A stretch of DNA of 64,000 nt. Source: Halarcobacter sp. (lineage in GTDB: Bacteria; Campylobacterota; Campylobacteria; Campylobacterales; Arcobacteraceae). Numbering within the stretch: position 1 is the stretch's first letter; every line of letters begins with the position of its first letter. Position numbers and translations under genes: made by a program. The notes under the pieces are model-generated. The model searched no databases. It saw only the letters and a list, made by a program, of their open reading frames with translations, and had not been told where the DNA came from. This document shows, piece after piece, positions 8,441-16,501 of the stretch. The stretch is taken from the NCBI GenBank assembly GCA_963676565.1, contig OY781089.1:3264001-3328000 (forward strand). Direction: 5' to 3'.

Positions 8441-11400
8441 TTATACTAACTTTCTATTTCTAAAAGATATTGCTATTAATGCTAAAACTACTATTATTGT
8501 AACTGGTACAAATGTTGGAATTGGTATAGGGTCACCTGCAGCATATGAATGTAATCCAGTTAAATAATAATTAACGCCAAAATATGTCATCACAATAGAA
8601 GCATAAGCAACTAAAGATAAAGATGAAAATAGATAATTTGAGGCTAAACCTTTGATATATTGTAAGTGTAAAATCACTGCATAAATCATAATTGAAACTA
8701 AAGTCCATGTTTCTTTTGGATCCCATCCCCAATATCTTCCCCAAGATTCATTTGCCCAAATTCCACCAAGAAAGTTTCCTATTACAAGTAAAACTATACC
8801 TATAATCATTGACATCTCATTTATTCTTCTAGCTTCTTTTATTGATACTTTTAAAGATTCTTGTTTTAAATCATCTTTATTTTTATCTAAAAAGATAAAT
8901 AAAACTAAAGTTAAAAAACCTAAAAGTGCACATAAAGCCAAAAAGCCATAGCTTGCAGTTATTACACTAACATGAATTGTTAGCCAATAAGATTTTAGAA
9001 CTGGTGTTAAGGTTGTAATTTGTGGTTCAAGCCATGAAAGATGTGCCACAAAAAGAGTAATACCACTTAACAGTGAAGTTGTTGCTAAAGCAAGAATTGA
9101 TTGTTTGGAAAAGATTATTCCAGATAAAACAATCGCCCAGCCAATATAAATCATAGATTCATAACCATTTGACCAAGGAGCATGTCCTGAAACATACCAT
9201 CTTAAAGCTAAGCCAAATGTATGGACAAAAAATAAAATTACAAATAGTGATAAAAAGATTTTTGAGATTTTTTCTAATTTTACCATTGGTTTAAATATTT
9301 TATAAAATACTAAGGCCAATAAAACAAGTCCTAAAATCAAATAAGCTGGTGTTAAATTCTTAAAAACATTATATTTATTAAACATCAACTCCGCATCTAT
9401 TTTAAACTCATTTGGCATTACATTTTTGCCATATTTATTTTGATAATCTACAATTTTTAATAAGGCATAATCAGCTTTTTCCCAAGTATCTTTATTTTCA
9501 TTTGCATCTTTTAAAGCAATAAAATAGTTATCCATTAAATTTGCAATTACCCTAGCCTCTTGCTTTTGTAAGGCTCCAACTCCATCATTTATAACTGAAA
9601 TTGCTAATGTTGGGTCTAACCATTTATTGTTTATATCTTCTACCTTTGGAAATAGTTTTAAAAAGGCTCCTGTAAAAAGATTATAAATGATATTTAATCT
9701 TTCATCTACTTTGATAAGTTCTTTATCAAATTTTGTTCTTTGTGAAGGCTTTTTTTGATTTGCTATTTCTAAATCATCTTCAAATTTATAGGTACCAAAC
9801 TGATTATATACATTATCAAAACTAAAGTACTTATCACTTAGGTCTATTCCCAATACTTTTTTTAACTGCTCATTTTTAACTTTTATTATCGGAAGTTTTT
9901 GCCAAGCTCTAGGATTTATTATCATACTTATAAAAAGTTGATTTGCATTTAATCCATATAAAGACTCTTTTCTAATAACCTTATTCATAATTTCAATTGC
10001 CAAAGAGTTTATTGGTTTAATTCTTCCTTGGTAATCTTGAATTAAAACTTTTCCTAATTTATTTGCATGGTTTATATCAATATTTTTTATAATCTTTAAA
10101 TCAGCTGTATTTTCCTGTGCTTTTAAATCTGAACCAAATAAAAATAAAATACTTAGAACTATAACTGTTGAGATATTTTTAAGTTCATATTTTTTATTTG
10201 CTAGTTTTCTAAATCGACTATTTTTCATAAATAAACTTAAGAATAATCCTGTAAATAATAAGGCATATCCGATATAAGTAGGAATCACACCTGGATCTTT
10301 ATTAACTGAAAGAATAGTTGCACTTTCATTCATAGTGTATGAACTTTGAAAAAATTTATACCCTTTGTAATATAAAGTATTATTCATAGAGATTGTTTGT
10401 TCAAAACTTATATCCTCTTTTGTATCATAAACTTTCACATCACTTGAATAAGCTGAAGGAGAGTTAGAACCAGGGTATCTTTCAAGTTTAAAATCTCCTA
10501 AATATATTGAAAAAGGAAGTTCTAAAATTTTTGCACCCCATGAAAGTTTTAAAATTTTCCCATCATTAAGTTTTATAGTTTTTGTATAACCTTCATTTGA
10601 ACCACCCTTTCCAAAAAGTGCCACATCTTGAGCTTTCCCCTTATTGTTAAGTTCAACTATAACTGCATTTAAAAGTTTTTCTTTTTTTACTAACTCTTTT
10701 TTTATACTTACAACCTCAACTTTCCCTGAAGCAGAAAAATCAGGAGTTGCAAATCTTGTTTGGGCAACTGTATAAATCACATCATCTCTTAAAGGCAATG
10801 CTTCATTTGCTTTTATAGTTCCTCTTCTTGTTCCATCCATATACTCAAATGAAAGAGCAATATTAGATTTAATATATATTTTTTTATCTTTTGTTATAAA
10901 ATAGATTTTTGATTTATTCTCATCTTTTATCTCTTTATTTAAAGAAAAATTTGCAAATTTTGATTCATGAATTTTTTCATTTTGTAAATCAATACTTTTT
11001 GCTCCAGCCATATTTGTGATAATTAGATTTACTAAAGGTTCCCCATCTTTTACAGTTATAATTTTTTCAGCGGCATTGGGAACAAATCTTTTAAACCTTA
11101 AATTGATATCTTCATTTATATCAAAATCAAAATCTGTTTGAGATAATTGTGTCATTAGAACTTTTTGATCTTTTTTTAAAAGTTCTTTATTATCTTTATT
11201 AAAAATTGTTGCTTGAATATATTCATCATTTGAAAGCATTTTATTCTGTATAGTTGATTCAGGAATTGTCATAATTGCTTCAAATCCTACATATCTTGTT
11301 AAAGCACTTCCTATAAGTAAAAAAGCAAAAGAGATATGGATAAAAAATATAAAAAACTTTTTAATTTTGTACATTTTAAACCATATGATATTTAATATAG

Positions 11401-11581
11401 AACCAATAGTTAAAACTACCATAATTAGTTCAAACCATGTTTGATTATATACAAAAGATCTAGCAGATAATGTACCATAATCGTTTTCAATAAAAGTTCC
11501 AACAGCACATGCGAATGCAAATAAAAGCATGAATACAGTCATAACTTCAATAGAAAAAAGATTTTTCAATAGTCTTTTCAA
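8441..11581 (-). CDS. nrfI: CcsBA-type (system II) cytochrome c synthase NrfI
   Basis: ResB-like periplasmic domain plus WWD motif WANESWGRYWGWDPKETW; downstream of nrfA; likely TTG start 11581 after AGGA. Confidence 0.88.
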   Translation of the reverse strand: MKRLLKNLFSIEVMTVFMLLFAFACAVGTFIENDYGTLSARSFVYNQTWFELIMVVLTIGSILNIIWFKMYKIKKFFIFFIHISFAFLLIGSALTRYVGFEAIMTIPESTIQNKMLSNDEYIQATIFNKDNKELLKKDQKVLMTQLSQTDFDFDINEDINLRFKRFVPNAAEKIITVKDGEPLVNLIITNMAGAKSIDLQNEKIHESKFANFSLNKEIKDENKSKIYFITKDKKIYIKSNIALSFEYMDGTRRGTIKANEALPLRDDVIYTVAQTRFATPDFSASGKVEVVSIKKELVKKEKLLNAVIVELNNKGKAQDVALFGKGGSNEGYTKTIKLNDGKILKLSWGAKILELPFSIYLGDFKLERYPGSNSPSAYSSDVKVYDTKEDISFEQTISMNNTLYYKGYKFFQSSYTMNESATILSVNKDPGVIPTYIGYALLFTGLFLSLFMKNSRFRKLANKKYELKNISTVIVLSILFLFGSDLKAQENTADLKIIKNIDINHANKLGKVLIQDYQGRIKPINSLAIEIMNKVIRKESLYGLNANQLFISMIINPRAWQKLPIIKVKNEQLKKVLGIDLSDKYFSFDNVYNQFGTYKFEDDLEIANQKKPSQRTKFDKELIKVDERLNIIYNLFTGAFLKLFPKVEDINNKWLDPTLAISVINDGVGALQKQEARVIANLMDNYFIALKDANENKDTWEKADYALLKIVDYQNKYGKNVMPNEFKIDAELMFNKYNVFKNLTPAYLILGLVLLALVFYKIFKPMVKLEKISKIFLSLFVILFFVHTFGLALRWYVSGHAPWSNGYESMIYIGWAIVLSGIIFSKQSILALATTSLLSGITLFVAHLSWLEPQITTLTPVLKSYWLTIHVSVITASYGFLALCALLGFLTLVLFIFLDKNKDDLKQESLKVSIKEARRINEMSMIIGIVLLVIGNFLGGIWANESWGRYWGWDPKETWTLVSIMIYAVILHLQYIKGLASNYLFSSLSLVAYASIVMTYFGVNYYLTGLHSYAAGDPIPIPTFVPVTIIVVLALIAISFRNRKLV

Positions 11582-11615
11582 TTTTTTTCCTAAATAATAT
11601 CTAAAATTAATTTTC

Positions 11616-11710
11616 TTAATAAATAACACCTAATATATCAATAGGAGGAGAATGACTAGGTGTTATTTATTAAAAACATTAGAAGAGAGGGATGAAATCC
11701 CCTCTTCTAA
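11616..11710 (-). other. Two stem-loops in the nrfA-nrfI intergenic region
   Basis: Hairpin 11679-11710 followed by a T-rich run; perfect 17-bp inverted repeat 11616-11632/11657-11673. Confidence 0.75.
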
Positions 11711-11730
11711 AACAGTAAGTTTTGGAAGGA

Positions 11731-13221
11731 TTAATCGTAAGATGTTTTATCTTCAATACCTTTTGTTGATTCTGGATTATAAATCCCTTTTTCTTGAGCT
11801 TCTTTTTTCCACTCAATTAAAAGACCATTTTTAAATTTCTTTTTATCTTCAACTAATTTGTCAAATGGTAAGCCAATAATTTCTTGAGCTTTCTCTTTAG
11901 AATCAATAGTTGGTGCTACATAATCTGCTGCTCCATGTTTAGCTAAAATTTTAGCTAATTTAATTCTTGCATTTCCTGCTTTTTCTAATGCAGTACCTAA
12001 AACTCTTAAAGTCTCTTCTGGTGCATGGAAGAATGCTGGGTGTGATGCAACTGCATAATCCCATCTCCATTGTGCATGTCTAATATCTTTTAACACAGGA
12101 GCCATTTCAGCTTCAGTTGCTCCAACTTCCCAAGCTTTTCCAGCTTCTAAGTGTGCAGCAGCAATTTGTGCCATAGATTTTTTATGTAACTCAGTTTTTC
12201 TTTCTTTTTTCTCTGCAATTGTTGCAAGTAAAGATTTTTCAGAAACTCTGTGACAAGTCATACAAGTATTTTCCATATTTTCTAATGGATTACCTATGTT
12301 ATGATCTGTATATTTAACTCCACCCTCTCTTTTGTAAGGCATGTGACAATCTGCACATGAAACGTTGTTTTTACCATGAGCACCAGTTAAATACATTTCA
12401 TAACCTGGGTGTTGTGCTTTTAGCATTGGAGTTTTAGAAATTTTATGTGTCCAATCTTTGAAATCAATATTATCATAATATCTTTCCATATCATCAACAG
12501 TTGTACCTTCAGCCCAAGGTAATGTAACTACTGCAGCTTTTCCACCGTTAGGAGTGTCAGTTTTTTTGAAATAATATTCTACGTGGCATTGTGCACAAAC
12601 CATTGTTCTCATCTCTTGATGAGTTGCATCAGCAAGTGATGTCATACCATTTGATTTTAATGCAGTATCTAGATATTTTCTGTTAACTTGCAGTTCCATA
12701 GTTTTAGGGTTATGACAATCCACACAACCAATAGGATTAATAATGTCAGAACCATATTTTGCCCATTTACCAGTGAAGTACTCTAAATCACCTTGCTCAT
12801 TCATAATTCTTGGTACATCTGGAGATTTACAAGTCCAACATGCAGTTGGCATAGGACCAGTTTTTGAGTCAACAGGAGCACCTGTTCTTAATGTATTTCT
12901 ATTATCTTCGATTGCATAGAAGTGCCCTCTTGGAGCATTATAATCTTTTGCAAATCCATATCCAGCCCATAATACGGCCAACTCTGGATACTCTTTTAAC
13001 ATATCATCTATGTCATCGCTTTCTTTTGTTTTTTTCCATGAGTCATATTGTCTTGGATAAAACTTTTTAAACTCTTCATTTTTTGTTTGCCATCTGTCAA
13101 CTTGTGGTACAGAGTTTATGATTTTTTGTTCTTCTTTCTTCTCATTAATAGATGCAATTAATGCTGTTAAACAACCAATTGCTATTAATGAAGCAGCAAG
13201 TAACACTTTAAACTTCTTCAT
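11731..13221 (-). CDS. nrfA: Pentaheme cytochrome c nitrite reductase NrfA
   Basis: CWTCK active-site heme motif plus four CxxCH; KAQHP motif. Confidence 0.97.
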   Translation of the reverse strand: MKKFKVLLAASLIAIGCLTALIASINEKKEEQKIINSVPQVDRWQTKNEEFKKFYPRQYDSWKKTKESDDIDDMLKEYPELAVLWAGYGFAKDYNAPRGHFYAIEDNRNTLRTGAPVDSKTGPMPTACWTCKSPDVPRIMNEQGDLEYFTGKWAKYGSDIINPIGCVDCHNPKTMELQVNRKYLDTALKSNGMTSLADATHQEMRTMVCAQCHVEYYFKKTDTPNGGKAAVVTLPWAEGTTVDDMERYYDNIDFKDWTHKISKTPMLKAQHPGYEMYLTGAHGKNNVSCADCHMPYKREGGVKYTDHNIGNPLENMENTCMTCHRVSEKSLLATIAEKKERKTELHKKSMAQIAAAHLEAGKAWEVGATEAEMAPVLKDIRHAQWRWDYAVASHPAFFHAPEETLRVLGTALEKAGNARIKLAKILAKHGAADYVAPTIDSKEKAQEIIGLPFDKLVEDKKKFKNGLLIEWKKEAQEKGIYNPESTKGIEDKTSYD

Positions 13222-13235
13222 CTTCCTTCCCCTTC

Positions 13236-13772
13236 TTATTTCATTCTTTCTTTAACACCAATACTATATGGAGTTGATGTTAAACTACGTACTTTGCCAT
13301 GAGGTGTGAACTTATGACAATCCCAACACTTTCGATCACTATTTAAACTATACTCATCACCACTATGGTAATTCTTTGCATTAGCCCCCATTTGAGATGT
13401 TAAATCTCCATGACATCTAATACAATTTGCTTGTACTCTACTTGCACCATCTTCACTTATGTCAATATTATTTTCATAAGTGTTCATTGTAAATGCTACC
13501 GAGTGATTCCATCCGTCAATTGCTTTTGCTTTGTATTTAGCAACCACATCTCCAACAGGCAAGTGACAATCAACACAGCTTGCAACATCTTTGTGTGAAC
13601 TTTTAGACCACGTTGCATATGCTGAGTTCATGGTGTGACAATTAATACATGCCTTTGGATCACTAGACAGATATGACAACATTTTAGATGCATATACCGT
13701 ATAACCAAATAAACCAACAGCGATAAGAAAACTTAAAATAGAACCGTAAACAACAATTTTGTTTCTTTCCAT
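13236..13772 (-). CDS. nrfH: Tetraheme quinol dehydrogenase NrfH
   Basis: TM anchor, four CxxCH; likely start ATG 13772 after AAAGGA. Confidence 0.95.
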   Translation of the reverse strand: MERNKIVVYGSILSFLIAVGLFGYTVYASKMLSYLSSDPKACINCHTMNSAYATWSKSSHKDVASCVDCHLPVGDVVAKYKAKAIDGWNHSVAFTMNTYENNIDISEDGASRVQANCIRCHGDLTSQMGANAKNYHSGDEYSLNSDRKCWDCHKFTPHGKVRSLTSTPYSIGVKERMK

Positions 13773-13797
13773 TCTTAATCCTTTAAACTGCATTGAA

Positions 13798-13839
13798 AGT
13801 ATAAGAATTTTTTAAAGAAGTTTCCTTGACCTAAATCAA
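13798..13839 (-). promoter_or_regulatory. nrfH promoter: Nss box (13826-13839) with -10 TATACT (13798-13803)
   Basis: TTGAC-CTAA-ATCAA; 22-bp gap. Confidence 0.8.
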
Positions 13840-14090
13840 GAATGAATAATTATTTATACTATAAAAAGGTGCTTTTTGATATAAATTATTTTTTACCTAA
13901 ATCTATATAATTTATAATAATCTCTTTTTAAGTTCTTGTTTTTTTATAAAAATACCTTTTTTTAGAGCTTTAGTAGAATTAAATATAAGTAAAGTTTATA
14001 CTAATATTTAAAGTAGTTTTTATAGTTGGATTTTTAATAATTTTTATAAATAATTTTTGATTAAAATTTTGAATTAAAAATTTCTTTTTC

Positions 14091-14132
14091 TTAACCTAAA
14101 TCAATTTTTATTTAATTTTATATTGTTATTAT
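14091..14132 (+). promoter_or_regulatory. Nss box (14091-14104) with extended -10 TGtTATTAT
   Basis: TTAAC-CTAA-ATCAA; 22-bp gap. Confidence 0.7.
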
Positions 14133-14162
14133 TATGAATAATTATTCACATAAAGGTAAATC

Positions 14163-14867
14163 ATGTTTAAAAAATTGACTTTAGGATGTTTATCAATCCT
14201 TTTATCAACAAACTTAGCGTATGCATTAAATGAACCCCATGAAGTAAAAGTTTTAGAAAGCATAAATAGTGGCGCTTATACTTACTTAAAAGTAGAAGAA
14301 AAAGGCGAACAATATTGGGCTGCTATTATGAAAACACCAATTAAAGTTGGTAGTTCAATCACTATAAAAGAGCAAGTTTGGATGAAAAACTTTAAAAGCA
14401 AAACATTAGATAAAACTTTCGATAAGATTTTATTTGCAATGTATCCTAAAAAAGCCATTTCAGGAGTTGATAATATTCACTCTATTCATGGAGATATGAT
14501 TAATAAAAAACAAAAACAAGCAATGAAACCAAATCCAAAATTTAATGAAAAAGTTGTTGTAGCTAAAGGTTCTGCTATAAAAACAACTATCTCTGAGATT
14601 TTTTCTAATAAAGACAAATTTAAAAACAAAAATGTAGAGATTCAAGGTGAGGTTTTACAAGTCTCTAATAAAGTTATGGGTAATACTTGGGTTAAAATTT
14701 ATGATGGCAAAGAAGCTGTTATTTTTAGATCACCTAATGAAGATGAAAAAATTGCAGTTGGAAACAAAGTAAAAGTTGTTGGGACAATTAATACAAATGT
14801 AGATTATGGTTTTGGTTATGCCTATGAAGTTATTGGAATAAATGGTAAATTTGAAGTAATTAACTAA
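14163..14867 (+). CDS. nrfJ: Periplasmic double OB-fold protein, NrfJ-like
   Basis: Signal peptide; KVLESINSGAYTYLKV...YWAA motif; C-terminal OB-fold VMGNTWVKIYDG..DYGFGYAY; next to nrfHAI. Confidence 0.6.
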   Translation: MFKKLTLGCLSILLSTNLAYALNEPHEVKVLESINSGAYTYLKVEEKGEQYWAAIMKTPIKVGSSITIKEQVWMKNFKSKTLDKTFDKILFAMYPKKAISGVDNIHSIHGDMINKKQKQAMKPNPKFNEKVVVAKGSAIKTTISEIFSNKDKFKNKNVEIQGEVLQVSNKVMGNTWVKIYDGKEAVIFRSPNEDEKIAVGNKVKVVGTINTNVDYGFGYAYEVIGINGKFEVIN

Positions 14868-14895
14868 AAAGTAGTAGAGATTTCTACTGCTTTTT
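14866..14895. terminator. Bidirectional intrinsic terminator
   Basis: AAAAAGTAGTAGA..TCTACTGCTTTTT between convergent genes. Confidence 0.75.
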
Positions 14896-16351
14896 ATACA
14901 TTTCTTATAACTTTATTTCTTCCTGTTCTTTTTGCGGTATATAGTAAATCATCTGCATTTTGAAGAATCTCATCAATATACTCTTCTTTATTTTTATTTG
15001 AACTAATTCCAATAGAGATTGTAAATTTTACCTCAATATTATTTATTTTCATTATATTTTCATCACATTTTTTTCTAATCTTTTCAGCTAAATAAGAAAC
15101 ATACTCTTCATCTTTATCAAATAAAGATATACAAAACTCTTCTCCCCCTATTCTTCCAAAAACTGCATCTTTATCAATTATTGATAAGATAGTTAAACAA
15201 AACTCTTGTAAAACACTATCTCCTATAGCATGACCATAATTATCATTTATCTTTTTAAAATGATCAATGTCAATTAATAATACAAAGTAATTTTTATTCT
15301 CTTCATTTGCTTTAGTTAAAAGATCTTTACTCTGTAGAAAAAAAGATCTTCTATTTTTGATATTAGTTAATGAATCTATGGTAGATAACTTATATAATTC
15401 TTTGTTTTTTTCTTCTATAAGTCTAATACTATTATCAAGGTTTTCAGTTCTTTTTTGAACTTCAAGTTCAAGTTTTTCATTGTATTGTTGTAATGTTTTT
15501 TGTTTTATATAAGATGAATACATAAATAAAGCTAAAAGAATAGTGATAATAAGATTATAATAATAAGTTACACGTAAACCATCATCTAATACCTCAGCAG
15601 TGTTTACAGTTTCTAAATTAAATAAAAATCTGTCCTTTGAGAAAAATCCAATATTACTATAGATTTTGTTATCTTCAAAATATGAATATGAATTTATTCT
15701 TTTAATATCTTTATTCTCAATAGTATTAACATAATTTTTTTCTGGTTTTAGCAAGCTTAATTTAGTTTGCTCAAAAACATTAGATATATTTTTAATATAC
15801 TCTTCATCAATAATTTTTAGAGAATATATAAATCCATTTGAGTCACCTTGCCCATCACTTTTTTTTACTTCAAGTTTAACAAGAATAAACAGCTTTTTAT
15901 TAATAGATTCAATTGAATAAAAATTATCAATATCTTTTAATAAATCAATTACTTTTATCATAAAACTATTCTTATCTAAAATATTCATATTTTTAGTATA
16001 TTTATTAAAAATAATATTATTGGCTTTATCAGTATAAAAAATCATATCGATATTTAAGTAAGATAAAGTAGATGTACCTTCTCTAAAATTTTCGTAAATA
16101 TAAGATCCATTTTTATCATTGATAAAGTTGTAAGTATCATCCCATTTACTGTAATCATTTATAACATTTTTTAGATTACTTATTTCTGTATCAAAATTAG
16201 ATAGCACTGCGTTTATATTTACATTATTTTTTTTAGTCTCAATATTTTTATAGTTTGGAATAATCATCCCATACGATATAAGCCATAGGATAATTATGAA
16301 AAAAATAAATATTAGTGTAAAATTTAATTTGATAATTTTTAACCCATTCAT
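14894..16351 (-). CDS. CHASE4-GGDEF diguanylate cyclase
   Basis: DYSKWDDTY (CHASE4), DIDHFKKINDNYGHAIGD, GGEEF; no RxxD I-site; likely start 16351. Confidence 0.9.
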   Translation of the reverse strand: MNGLKIIKLNFTLIFIFFIIILWLISYGMIIPNYKNIETKKNNVNINAVLSNFDTEISNLKNVINDYSKWDDTYNFINDKNGSYIYENFREGTSTLSYLNIDMIFYTDKANNIIFNKYTKNMNILDKNSFMIKVIDLLKDIDNFYSIESINKKLFILVKLEVKKSDGQGDSNGFIYSLKIIDEEYIKNISNVFEQTKLSLLKPEKNYVNTIENKDIKRINSYSYFEDNKIYSNIGFFSKDRFLFNLETVNTAEVLDDGLRVTYYYNLIITILLALFMYSSYIKQKTLQQYNEKLELEVQKRTENLDNSIRLIEEKNKELYKLSTIDSLTNIKNRRSFFLQSKDLLTKANEENKNYFVLLIDIDHFKKINDNYGHAIGDSVLQEFCLTILSIIDKDAVFGRIGGEEFCISLFDKDEEYVSYLAEKIRKKCDENIMKINNIEVKFTISIGISSNKNKEEYIDEILQNADDLLYTAKRTGRNKVIRNV

Positions 16352-16501
16352 TTTATTACCTTTTGATAAAATAATTATACTCATTAATAGTACTTAAATA
16401 GTATCATTTTAAAAATCTATCAAATAAAATAAAATCACAATTTTATTGGTTTTTTGATATGATTATAAATTATTATTTTAAATTAATTAAAAGTAACCCT
16501 C

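Noticed and set aside
11652..11834. 60-aa plus-strand ORF antisense to the nrfA end, with AGGAGG upstream
   Set aside because: SD-ATG spacing is only 3 nt, the start is enclosed in a strong hairpin, and the product has no recognisable features. The motif is better explained as an RNA loop.
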